Assembly: GCA_965262245.1 (NCBI GenBank)
Contig: OZ253507.1
Coordinates: 2,268,690 to 2,332,689 of the forward strand
DNA from: Candidatus Marinacidobacterales bacterium
GTDB taxonomy: Bacteria > Acidobacteriota > Vicinamibacteria > Marinacidobacterales > SMYC01
DNA: 64,000 nucleotides
Direction of reading: 5' to 3'
Below, piece after piece: positions 50,740-60,128 of this stretch. Position 1 is the stretch's first letter. Every line of letters starts with the position of its first letter. The notes under the pieces are model-generated. The model saw only the letters and a list, made by a program, of their open reading frames with translations. It made no database searches and had not been told where the DNA came from. The translations under genes and the position numbers were made by a program.

Positions 50740-51372
50740 TTGGAACGCCGAAGAGCTCTTCTGGACGAGATGAGCGCGCGCGAGGCTCGGAATCTGAATC
50801 CGAGCGATGCATGGACCGACCTGCGTCTCGTTCGCGCCTGCCTCGATGGGAGCGAGGATGCGTGGAACGCGATTCTCGACAAATACAAGCGGCTCATCTA
50901 CTCGATCCCGATCAAACACGGCTTCTCGCCCGAGGACGCGTCCGACATTTTCCAATCCGTATGTGTGGAGCTGTTGAAGGAGCTCCCGCGGCTGCGCGAA
51001 CCACGCGCTCTCGCCGGCTGGCTGATCAAAGTCACGGCCCACAAATGTTTTCATTGGCAGCGCACGGAGTCTCGCTACGTAAAGACGGAGAACCCGCCAG
51101 CGCCCGTTTTCGAAGGGCCGGATCTCGACGAGCTTCTCGACGCCGTCGAGCGCGAGCAAATGCTTCGCGACGCTATGGGCTCGCTCACCGCCCGATGCAA
51201 GAAACTCGTCTCGATGTTGTTCTTCGACTTTCCGCTCACACCTTATGACGCGGTGGCCAAGAAGTTGGGGCTTGCCCGCGGCTCCATCGGGTTCATCCGC
51301 CGCCGCTGTCTCGATCGTCTGAAGAGGAATCTCGAGGAGCGAGGCTACAAGGGACGCCTGCCACGTGACTAG
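50740..51372 (+). CDS. ECF sigma factor
   Basis: Region 2 (SDIFQSVCVELLKELPRLREPRALAGWLIKVTAHKC) and region 4 (LTPYDAVAKKLGLARGSIGFIRRRCLDRL). Probable real start at a downstream ATG (about 50770). Confidence 0.8.
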   Translation: MERRRALLDEMSAREARNLNPSDAWTDLRLVRACLDGSEDAWNAILDKYKRLIYSIPIKHGFSPEDASDIFQSVCVELLKELPRLREPRALAGWLIKVTAHKCFHWQRTESRYVKTENPPAPVFEGPDLDELLDAVEREQMLRDAMGSLTARCKKLVSMLFFDFPLTPYDAVAKKLGLARGSIGFIRRRCLDRLKRNLEERGYKGRLPRD

Positions 51373-54241
51373 CGATCGGGACCAGTTGCTGATGAGCGAG
51401 CTGGGGAAGCTGACGGAAGACGACGCCTTGCAAGCGTTCATCAGACGTCACCCGGAGCTTGTTCGGAGTGACTTCGTCGGGGCGCTCTCGGACACTGTTG
51501 TGAAGCAAGTTCGCGTGGACGCCGATGCGGCGCTCGCGCTCGCGCGGGCGAGCTGCGCGATAGCGGACGAGCTCGGGGAGGAGCGAGATCTTGCGCAAGC
51601 GGAGAAAGCGATGGGAAACGCTTTCTACGGACTAGGAGAATATCGTGTTGCGGTCGATCGTTACGAGCAATCGGCGGCGCGTTTCGAGGCATGCGGTGAG
51701 AACGTGGAGCAGGGAAGGGCCCTCAGCACTTCGATTCAGGCGCGTATTCTCCTCGGCGATTATGACTCCGCCGCCGACGCCGCGGAGCGCGCCCGAACGA
51801 TCTTCGAGAAGATCGGCGATCGGAAGCGTCTGGCTATCCTCGACAACAATGTCGGGAACATCATGCATCGCCAGGACCGGTTCCACGAAGCGCTCGCGAT
51901 GTATGAGCGCGCCTATCGAACGCTCGCCGAATTGCAGGATACGAATGGTGTCGCGGCCGCTCTGAGCAACGTGACCCTCTGTTTGATTATGCTGAACGAC
52001 TTCCCGCGCGCGCTCGAAATCCACCGCGAGGCGCGTGAGGTTTGTGAGGAGCTCGGCATGCCGAGGCTCGTCGCTCGCGCGGACTACAACATCGCTTACC
52101 TGTATTACCTCCGCGGGGAATATTCACGTTCGACCGAGATGTTGAACACCGCGCGACAACTGTTCAAACGCAGCAGCGACGATTATCACGTCGCTCTCTG
52201 CGACATGGATCAAGCGGAGATTTATATCGACCTGAATCTTCATGCGGAGGCGTCCCGTCTCGCGAGCCGCGCGCGCAAACAATTTGCCAAGCTCGGCACT
52301 GGATACGAACAAGCCAAATCGATGGCGCTCGAGGCGATAGCACTCAGCAATCAAGGGAAGATCCTTCGCGGGCTCGATCTTTTCGAGAAGGCGCGGGAAA
52401 GCTTCGTGCGGGAGAAGAACCAAGTGTGGCCGTGGATGATCGATCTTTATCGCGCGTTCGTCTATGGCGATGAAGGGCGGTTGATCGAGGCTCGGCAGCT
52501 TGCGCGCCGCGTGCTCCCCATCTTCGAGGAAGCGGGACTAGGGGCCAAAGCGATCGTCTGCCGGCTTCTCCTCGCGCGCCTCGCACTGAGAATCGGTGAT
52601 TGGCGAGCGGCGCGAAAAGACTGCGAGGAGGCTCTCGAGCGTGCGTCGGCCATCGATTCGCCTCTCTATGTCTTCCAGGCGAGGTTCCAGATGGGCGAGA
52701 TCGAGGAGGCCGCGGGCCACACGGCCGAGGCCATCCAGAGCTTCGAGGCGTCGGCCAAAACACTCGAATCCTTGCGCAGCAGTCTTCAGCGCGAAGAGAT
52801 GAAGATCGCTTTTCTTCGTAATCGGTTGGGTGTCTACGAGTCGCTCGTCGATCTGTGCCTGAAGAGCGCCCCGGGCACTGAGCCTAGGACTGAGCTTGAT
52901 CTTGACGCGAAAGAAAAGGCGCTTTACTACATCGAGCAGTCGAAAGCACGAGCGCTCGTAGATCTCATCCTCGGCTCGATCCGCGGCCGGCCACACGCCT
53001 CGGGCGAGAGTGAGTTCGCGCGCACGGTCCAGAAGCTCAGAGAAGAGCTCAATTGGTACTATCGCCGTATCGAGCACGAGCAGCTGAGCCGTGAGTCCTT
53101 CAATCTCTAGCGTTTGGAGGAGCTCACCAAGACCGCCCGGGCGCGAGAGACCGAGCTTCTCGATGCGCTGCGGGAGCTTCCTGCCGGCGACGGCCGTTTC
53201 GGGAGTTTGCGCGATACTGGGGCCGTGTCTCTGGCGCGCATTCAAGAGGCGCTTGGGCCGAATCGCTCTCTCATCGAGTACTACATTGCGCGCGGACGGG
53301 TCTACGCTTGCGTGATCACACAAAGCGATCTCGTCATGCGCCCGCTCGGGGACGCCGAGCACGTCAAGAACACGGTACGGCGGCTTCAGTTCCAGATTTC
53401 GAAGTTCCAGCTGCCGCGAGACTATCTTGCGACGTTCGAAAGCTCGATCCACGAGGCGACCGTCGTTCACTTGAACGAGCTCTATGAAAGTTTGGTCGGA
53501 CCCCTCGTGGATGCGCTGCGGGGAAGCGAGCTCGTCATCGTTCCCCACGCTTTCATGCACTACCTACCGTTTCACGCGTTTTATGACGGCCGTCGCTACG
53601 TCGTCGACGACTATGCGGTGTCCTACGCTCCGAGTGCGACTGTTTTCGTTCACTGTCACGAGCTTCCGGCCGCGGAGGGGAATCGCTCCTTGATCTTGGG
53701 TATTCCGGATCGGACCGCTCCGTTTATTCTGGACGAGGTGCACGCGGTCGCGGATGCGGTTTCCGAGCCCGAGGTTCTGCTCGGCTCGGAGGCCTCGCTC
53801 AAGGCGCTGCGGGAGAAGGCGCCTGGTAGCCGGCTCATGCACATCGCCACCCATGGCCGAAAGGACAACCCGATGTTCTCGGCGATCCGGCTCGGCGACT
53901 CCTACTTGAGCCTCTACGATCTCTACGAGCTGTCATTGCCCGTGGACCTCGTGACGGTGAGCGCTTGCGCGACAGGCTTGAGTGTCGTGGTGGAAGGTGA
54001 CGAGATTCTCGGACTCGTTCGCGGCTTGCTCTTTGCGGGGGCGCGGTCTTTGGTCGCGACGCTTTGGAACGTGCAGGACCGGGCGACGGCCGACTTGATG
54101 GGCTCGTTCTATTCGCATTTGCGAACGGAGAAAAATCGCGCCGTGGCACTTCGCTATGCTATGCTCCAGCAGCGAGAAAGGTCTTCCCAGCCTTTCTTTT
54201 GGGCTTCCCGCGTGTTGGTGGGCAAGGTGGAGCAGGGGTGA
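51365..54241 (+). pseudogene. TPR-repeat + CHAT (caspase-like) peptidase, one reading frame interrupted by an in-frame TAG at 53108..53110
   Basis: ORF 51365..53110 carries TPR repeats. ORF 53114..54241, in the same frame, carries the CHAT domain with the His/Cys dyad (MHIATHGRKD; VTVSACATG). The sequence reads ...SFNL*RLEEL.... Confidence 0.75.
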
Positions 54242-54364
54242 AAGCTAAGTCCTTGTTGGGTAGGTGTTTATGGGTCCCTCTGTATCTTTCGCTGGTTCGG
54301 TGACTCTTTATTGCAAAGCGGCAATACTGGGTTGCACGGTACAGGAATCTTGGAGGGTTCAGGC

Positions 54365-54991
54365 ATGAGTCACTACCCCGATGAGGTGTGGGCGGATTGG
54401 GTGCGCGGGACCACGACCGCTGAGCTAGCAGATGAGATCCGGGCTCATCTGAGCTCCGGCTGCGACCCATGCGAGGATGGGGTCGCCATGTGGGCGTCCG
54501 TTTTGGAGCTCGTGAACCAGGAAGCTTCGTTCGAGCCGCCCGTGGAAGTACTGAAAATCGCGAGTGCGCTCTTCGCGCAACTTCGACCCCAGGAACGAAA
54601 GTTCGGGCCGATTCGAGTCGCGGAGCTCTTGTTCGACAGCTTTAGAAATCCCCTGCCCGCCGGCGTTCGGAGTCTCGAGCGCGCCGCGCGGCATCTCAGC
54701 TACAAGGTGGCGGACTTCTTCGTCGACGTCCGCATCGAAGAGCAACCCAGCGGAGGCCAGGCTTCAGTGGTTGGACAGCTCCTCCATCATCCGGATGCCT
54801 CGGCGTTCTCGCTCGAGGGGCTTCCGGTTGTTTTGACGAGCGGCCGCGCGACACTTGCCGAAACGACAACGAATCAATTTGGTGAGTTCATGTTCGAGAT
54901 GGATTCGGAGCGAGAGAACCATCTAGCTATTGCGATGGGAGACGAGTTCGCCTTGGTAGTGCCGCTCGGGAGGCGGCGAGGTCACGCTTGA
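54365..54991 (+). CDS. Putative zinc-finger (zf-HC2-like) anti-sigma factor with C-terminal beta-sandwich (carboxypeptidase-regulatory-like) domain; no TM helix
   Basis: N-terminus MSHYPDEVWADWVRGTTTAELADEIRAHLSSGCDPCEDG (H...C..C motif). C-terminal GLPVVLTSGRATLAETTTNQFGEFMFEMDSE resembles CarboxypepD_reg-like folds. Confidence 0.45.
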   Translation: MSHYPDEVWADWVRGTTTAELADEIRAHLSSGCDPCEDGVAMWASVLELVNQEASFEPPVEVLKIASALFAQLRPQERKFGPIRVAELLFDSFRNPLPAGVRSLERAARHLSYKVADFFVDVRIEEQPSGGQASVVGQLLHHPDASAFSLEGLPVVLTSGRATLAETTTNQFGEFMFEMDSERENHLAIAMGDEFALVVPLGRRRGHA

Positions 54992-55074
54992 AGAGGTGGC
55001 AGGAGGAAAGACATCTGGAAGGGAGATTTAGCCCAAGTTTCTTTTGAGGGGACCACGGGGGTTAATCCGACATC

Positions 55075-56472
55075 ATGCAACGCGTTCTAATTCGGTCTAT
55101 TTGTTTATTACTCTCCGTATTCCTGTCCGCGTTCCCGGCGGCCTCTGAAGAATACTTTCTTGTCCGGGTCGACGACGAGCGCAAGAGCGACGAGACCGAA
55201 GTACAGCTCCTCGAGCGTTTGGGCTTTATCTATATGCGGTCCGTCGATTCCGGCCGCCGTGAGGTACACCTCGTCTCGGCGCCGTACGAGCTCTCGAAAT
55301 CCTTTATCAGAGAGTTGAAAAGGTCCGAGCGCCGGCTTCGCAACATCGAGCTCGTCGAAGATCTATATCTCACCGATATGGTCGAGAATGAGGCGCGCGC
55401 AAGTGCTTTTAAGGGTGCGCTCGACTACGCGGAAGCGATCGCTTCACAAGGCAGCAAAAAGGAGAACTTCCACGGCGCGAAGGTGCTCAGAGGCTATGCC
55501 AAGCAACGCCTCGTGGACATCCTGGATTTCGATTCGGTCCATCGTCACTACGGAACCGGTGACGGCGTTATCGCGGTCATCGATACGGGCGTCGACCCCT
55601 TTCACCCCGGCCTCGTGGGCAGTCTCGTCCCAGGCTACGATTTCATTTTCGACGAGCCTGGCTACGCGTCGGAGTGGAGAGAGCTCGATCCCGAGCTGTC
55701 CCAACAGCTCATGGAGTCCGGATCAGGAAGCGTCGATCAATCCTCGGTGGCTATCCTCAGCCAATCTTCCGTCGCGATTCTGAACCAATCCTCGGTTGCC
55801 ATCCTGAGCCAATCCTCGGTCGCCATCTTGAGTCAGCCCGAATATCAATCATTCGGCCACGGCACGATGGTGGCGGGCGCGATTCGCCTCGCGGCTCCCA
55901 CCGCGAAAATCATGCCGCTCAAGGCCTTTGGCCCAGATGGCACAGCGAGCACGGCGGATATCGTCGACGCGATTTACTTTGCTGTCGCGAACGGGGCCGA
56001 CGTGATCAACATGAGCTTTAGCTTAAGGACTTTCTCCGAAGAGACCATGCGGGCGATCAATCATGCGACGCGCCAAGGTGTCATCTGCATCTCGGCGGCG
56101 GGCAATCTCGGTACGGAAACGCTCGTCTATCCTGCCGCCCTGGCCAACGTGACCGGCGTTGCCGCTGTTACGGAGGATCAAGAGCTGAGCTCCGTCTCGA
56201 ATTACGGTGAAGATCTGGTCAGCCTGGCAACGTTTGGTGAAGCGTTGGTGACGACCTATCCCGGCGGTCTCTATGCTAGCGTCTTCGGAACGTCTTTTAG
56301 CACGGACATCGTCTCCGGAGCCGTCGCCATTTTCCGCGAAATCGATGAGAACTTGGACCAACACGGGGCAGAGACGGCCTTGGCCATGAAACGGCCTCGA
56401 TCCGGCGATCTCGGCCACGGCGTGCTCGAGCTCGAAGCCGCGCTGAAGATGTTCAAGAAGAAAAAGCGTTAG
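55075..56472 (+). CDS. Secreted subtilisin-like serine protease (peptidase S8) with an internal octapeptide repeat insert
   Basis: Signal peptide; catalytic Asp (VIAVIDTGVD), His (HGTMVAG), Ser (GTSFSTDIVSGAVA). Between Asp and His there is a 4x (QSSVAIL[SN]) insert. Confidence 0.85.
   Translation: MQRVLIRSICLLLSVFLSAFPAASEEYFLVRVDDERKSDETEVQLLERLGFIYMRSVDSGRREVHLVSAPYELSKSFIRELKRSERRLRNIELVEDLYLTDMVENEARASAFKGALDYAEAIASQGSKKENFHGAKVLRGYAKQRLVDILDFDSVHRHYGTGDGVIAVIDTGVDPFHPGLVGSLVPGYDFIFDEPGYASEWRELDPELSQQLMESGSGSVDQSSVAILSQSSVAILNQSSVAILSQSSVAILSQPEYQSFGHGTMVAGAIRLAAPTAKIMPLKAFGPDGTASTADIVDAIYFAVANGADVINMSFSLRTFSEETMRAINHATRQGVICISAAGNLGTETLVYPAALANVTGVAAVTEDQELSSVSNYGEDLVSLATFGEALVTTYPGGLYASVFGTSFSTDIVSGAVAIFREIDENLDQHGAETALAMKRPRSGDLGHGVLELEAALKMFKKKKR
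55738..55833 (+). repeat. 4 x 24-bp in-frame tandem repeat encoding QSSVAILS/N within the S8 protease
   Basis: The copies differ at synonymous third positions (tcg/tcc, gtg/gtc/gtt, gct/gcg/gcc) while the peptide is conserved. Confidence 0.9.
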
Positions 56473-56475
56473 CGG

Positions 56476-56625
56476 CTTTCAAAAAGCGTAACGCGAGCCG
56501 AAGCCGCAACCAGCGAAGACCAATCTCCGTCTTCATCCCACTTCCCCGTTTTTATCCCCACCTCTCCCTGCTTTTAACACCGCTCAAAGCCAAGGAGAGG
56601 TGGGGATAGAAGGAGAGGTGGGGAC
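56476..56625. terminator. Inverted-repeat/hairpin region between convergent genes (S8 protease and PPIase)
   Basis: GCGGCTT...AAGCCGC hairpin directly after the protease stop. CCCCACCTCTCC ... GGAGAGGTGGGG (x2) inverted repeats further downstream. Confidence 0.4.
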
Positions 56626-56636
56626 AAGAAAGCGGG

Positions 56637-57788
56637 TTAGGGATCCTCGGGCGGGGGGCCAATCACGACCGGGACCACTTGATAGTCGACGGCATTTGCG
56701 TTCACCGCGGTGGCGATGGAGATCTGGTGCCTTCCGCTCAGGCCGTTGGTCGGTGTTACTGTCATGAGCCCGGTCTCGAACTCGACGACATATTGAAGGT
56801 TCTCGTTGGCGACCACCGGAACTTGTAGCCCGTTCGCCGTCATGCTGGTCTGGTCTAGAAACAGCGCGGGATCTCCCTCGGCGTCGCGGGCTATGAGCTG
56901 ATAGGTTACGGCAGTATTCACCGGTGTTTCGATGTCTTCAACGTCTGCGAGAAAAGGCGCACTGTTGACGAGATCCGGCGTCACATTCACACGGAAAGTC
57001 TGCTGCGTCTCGGCGCCGGATGCGTTTCGAACCGTGACGGTGATGTCAACGGCCCCAGTGGCTCCTTCGGGAGCTTTCAGCATGAGCACGGCGTTTTGCG
57101 TATCGGTGAAGGATTCGACGGACTCCATCACGACATCCGTAATCGGGCGGTCGTCTGGACCGGTCGCTACATTGCTAATCCGCTCACGGACGGCCTCTCC
57201 CTCCACGAGGATTCCGAAAATGGAATGGTTGAAGTCGAGGTGACGCCGGGGCCCTTCAGTGATGAAGAACTGCGAATTGTTGGTATCGTCGCCCGATTTG
57301 GCCATCGAGAGCAGACCGGTCCGATTGTGCTGCAAGTCGACGTGGAATTTGTCGTCGAACCTCCCAAGGGTGGAGCCGCCCGTTCCGGTTCCGGTCGGGT
57401 CTCCGCCTTGCAGGACGAAATCGTTGATGATGCGATGGAAAATAACCCCGTCGTAGAAACCGCTAGTCGCGAGCGCTGCGATGCGATTCGTTGCGCGGCG
57501 AGCGCGCCCGTCGAAAAGCTCGAAGACCATCACGCCGAAATTGGTGACGTGAATGCGCAGACTGCGATTGCCGGTCAGCACGGTCGGCGTGACGAGCGGA
57601 TCGCTCGAGACCGCGGTAAAGCTCAAGGCTTGACCGCTCGGACTCCGTCCGTCGAGAGGGATGTGGATTGGGGAGCCGCCGAGAAGCGCTGTTTGCGGGA
57701 TGGTTTGAAACGTAGGCTGCGCGCCGAGCGTGGAAGCGAAGGTCATCGCACCCAACAGAAGACGAGTCGTCTTGGAAGCTCTGTGCAT
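56637..57788 (-). CDS. Secreted cyclophilin-type peptidyl-prolyl cis-trans isomerase with C-terminal Ig/cadherin-like domains
   Basis: From ATG 57786..57788 (MHRASKTTRLLLGAMTFASTLGA signal). Cyclophilin motifs FHRIINDFVLQGGDPTGTGTGG and SMAKSGDDTNNSQFFIT. Confidence 0.8.
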   Translation of the reverse strand: MHRASKTTRLLLGAMTFASTLGAQPTFQTIPQTALLGGSPIHIPLDGRSPSGQALSFTAVSSDPLVTPTVLTGNRSLRIHVTNFGVMVFELFDGRARRATNRIAALATSGFYDGVIFHRIINDFVLQGGDPTGTGTGGSTLGRFDDKFHVDLQHNRTGLLSMAKSGDDTNNSQFFITEGPRRHLDFNHSIFGILVEGEAVRERISNVATGPDDRPITDVVMESVESFTDTQNAVLMLKAPEGATGAVDITVTVRNASGAETQQTFRVNVTPDLVNSAPFLADVEDIETPVNTAVTYQLIARDAEGDPALFLDQTSMTANGLQVPVVANENLQYVVEFETGLMTVTPTNGLSGRHQISIATAVNANAVDYQVVPVVIGPPPEDP

Positions 57789-57863
57789 GGTGCAGTCCTC
57801 GAAGGCACGCCAGCCTAGCACAACGGGCGCTCGATCGGGAATCGGGAGTAAACTAGCCTCGCT

Positions 57864-59462
57864 GTGACCGAAGCACGACCGAATCCGCAATCCATCGATC
57901 TCGGTCCCTACGATGCGGCCCTGCGGCTCCAGCTCGAAGACTGGCGGGCGACGAACAAAGTGTCCAGGCTCTGGGAGCGGGATGCGACCCTTTGGACGGG
58001 AGGCAATGAAGGGCGCTGGCTTGGCTGGATCGATGTCATCGATCGCCAGCTTGCCGCAGGGGCGACTTTGGCGGCGCTGCAACAGGACATTGTGGAGGCT
58101 GGTTTTCGTCATGCGGTCGTGCTCGGTATGGGAGGCTCGAGCCTTTGTCCCGAAGTTCTGAGCCGGACTTTTCCAACCCGGCCAGGATTTCCCGAGCTCC
58201 ACATCTTGGACTCGACGGTGCCGGCACAGATTCTGAGTCTCGAGCGTCGGCTCGCTCTCGACGAAACGCTCTTCATCGTCGCCTCGAAGTCGGGGTCGAC
58301 GTCGGAGCCTAACGCTTTCGAGAGATATTTCTTTGCGAGATCGGGGCAGGGCAAACGCTTCATCGCCGTGACCGATCCAGGCTCGGCGCTCGAAGAGCTC
58401 GCGCGCGCACAGGACTATCGCGCCATCTTTCCGGGAGAGCCCGAGATCGGCGGGCGATTCTCGGCGCTCTCGAACTTTGGGATGGTGCCTGCGGCGGTGA
58501 TGGGGCTCGATCCGATAGCCTTCTTGACGCGAGCGCGGACGATGGTCGAAGCTTGTGGGCCCGGCGTCGCGCCGGAAAAGAACCCTGCGGTCGCGCTCGG
58601 GATCGCTCTCGGTGTAGCCGCGCTCGAAGGGCGCGACAAAGTTACCATCGTGACGTCAGAGGCTTTTTGTTCCTTTGGGGCTTGGCTCGAGCAGCTCATC
58701 GCGGAGTCGACCGGCAAGCACGGGAAGGGCGTTCTCCCGGTCGCTCTCGAAACGCTCGGGGCTCCGCCGGTCTATGGGGACGATCGAATCTTCGTGCATC
58801 TGGCATTGTCCTCCGATCCGTCGAAGCTTCCCGCGGGTTACCCTTCCGTCAAGATAGTGCTCGACTCCGCCGATGACTTGGGCCAGGAATTCTTTCGCTG
58901 GGAGCTCGCGACCGCCGTGCTCGGTGCTGTGCTCGAGCTCGATGCTTTCGATCAGCCCGACGTCGAAGCGGCCAAAGTCAAGACACGCGTGTTGTCGGAC
59001 CGGTACCAGGAGACCGGTGAACTGCCCGCCGAGAACGGCGCTTTCCCTTCGGCGGAGGAGCTCCGCGCCTTGCTCGACCAGCTCGAGCGCGGCGACTATT
59101 TTGCGATCCAGGCCTATGTCGAGAGGAGTCCGGAGAACGATGCCGTTCTTCAGTCCATCCGGATGCGCGTGCGAGACACGCGTCGCGTCGCAACGACCCT
59201 GGGATACGGCCCGCGGTTCTTGCATTCGACGGGACAGTTCCATAAAGGCGGTCCCAATCGGGGCGTGTTTCTCCAGATCACTGCGGACGATGCGCAGGAT
59301 ATCGAGATTCCAGGCAGGCGATACACGTTTGGCCACTTGAAGCGATTTCAGGCCCAGGGTGATCTCGAAGTGCTTCGCGAGCGCGGTCGACGCGTGCTCA
59401 GGGCTCATCTTGGCCGTGACGTCACCTCCGATTTGGAGCGTTTGGCTGAACGCCTTTCCTGA
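57864..59462 (+). CDS. pgi: Glucose-6-phosphate isomerase
   Basis: SIS domains with GRFSALSNFGM and YGPRFLHSTGQFHKGG across 532 aa. Confidence 0.85.
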   Translation: MTEARPNPQSIDLGPYDAALRLQLEDWRATNKVSRLWERDATLWTGGNEGRWLGWIDVIDRQLAAGATLAALQQDIVEAGFRHAVVLGMGGSSLCPEVLSRTFPTRPGFPELHILDSTVPAQILSLERRLALDETLFIVASKSGSTSEPNAFERYFFARSGQGKRFIAVTDPGSALEELARAQDYRAIFPGEPEIGGRFSALSNFGMVPAAVMGLDPIAFLTRARTMVEACGPGVAPEKNPAVALGIALGVAALEGRDKVTIVTSEAFCSFGAWLEQLIAESTGKHGKGVLPVALETLGAPPVYGDDRIFVHLALSSDPSKLPAGYPSVKIVLDSADDLGQEFFRWELATAVLGAVLELDAFDQPDVEAAKVKTRVLSDRYQETGELPAENGAFPSAEELRALLDQLERGDYFAIQAYVERSPENDAVLQSIRMRVRDTRRVATTLGYGPRFLHSTGQFHKGGPNRGVFLQITADDAQDIEIPGRRYTFGHLKRFQAQGDLEVLRERGRRVLRAHLGRDVTSDLERLAERLS

Positions 59463-59504
59463 AGCCTCATTTACTTGACCGCCGCCGCCCCGCGTGTGTA
59501 GACT

Positions 59505-59529
59505 ATATCGGACCCTGCGGGTCCTATAT
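59505..59529. promoter_or_regulatory. Candidate Rrf2-regulator operator (near-palindrome ATATCGGACCC-TGC-GGGTCCTATAT) upstream of rrf2-sufBCDS
   Basis: 11-bp arms with one mismatch, in the AT-rich promoter region. A second small palindrome GTCCT-AATTA-AGGAC lies at 59608..59622. Confidence 0.3.
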
Positions 59530-59630
59530 TGTATGTCCCTATTCTGGTGACATTTAGTGCTTTGACAACCAGTTCTCTGAGTATTATTATATGTCCGACC
59601 AGATTAGTCCTAATTAAGGACATTGAAACC

Positions 59631-60107
59631 ATGCTCAAGCTTTCCAAGAGAGTCGACTATGCCCTGATCGCGCTGATGCATCTCGCGCAACAGGACGAAG
59701 GTGCGTCTTCGGCCCGCGAGGTGGCGACCATATACGGCATGCCGCAAGACCTCCTCGCCAAGGTGCTTCAGAAGCTGACACGTTCCGGGCTCGTTGTGTC
59801 CCGCCAGGGAGTGAAGGGCGGCTACAGCTTGGCTCGGCCCCCCGAGGCGATCACGGTCGCGCGCGTGATCGAGGTCGTCGAAGGGCAGCCGTCTTTGACC
59901 CAATGCCTCACCGATCTGGGGGCATGCGAGCAGTTCGATACTTGCAACATCAAGAGCCCGCTGCAACGGCTCAACGACGAAGTGCTGTTGATGTTGTCCC
60001 GCACGACCATCGCCAGAATGTGCGATGAAGACCATGCCTCTTTTGCCGGGGAACGAACAAACGTCGCCGCCGCGGACGACGTCCAGCTCCCTGTGATCCA
60101 GGACTAG
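59631..60107 (+). CDS. Rrf2-family transcriptional regulator (IscR/SufR-like)
   Basis: MLKLSKRVDYALIALMHLA...HTH; C-terminal Cys cluster CLTDLGACEQFDTC, consistent with an Fe-S-sensing Rrf2 regulator. Confidence 0.85.
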   Translation: MLKLSKRVDYALIALMHLAQQDEGASSAREVATIYGMPQDLLAKVLQKLTRSGLVVSRQGVKGGYSLARPPEAITVARVIEVVEGQPSLTQCLTDLGACEQFDTCNIKSPLQRLNDEVLLMLSRTTIARMCDEDHASFAGERTNVAAADDVQLPVIQD

Positions 60108-60128
60108 AACTCAGAGGGAACGACCAGG

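Noticed and set aside
50651-50775. GGAAC...N17...GACG ECF-type promoter upstream of sigma 50740
   Set aside because: The motif lies inside the annotated ORF and too close to the probable ATG. It cannot be supported without TSS data.
46871-53110. In-frame TAG codons (46871, 53108) as stop-codon recoding (e.g. pyrrolysine-like)
   Set aside because: TAG terminates other well-supported genes in the window (12548..12550; 19686..19688) and no pyl genes are present. Nonsense mutations or errors are more parsimonious.
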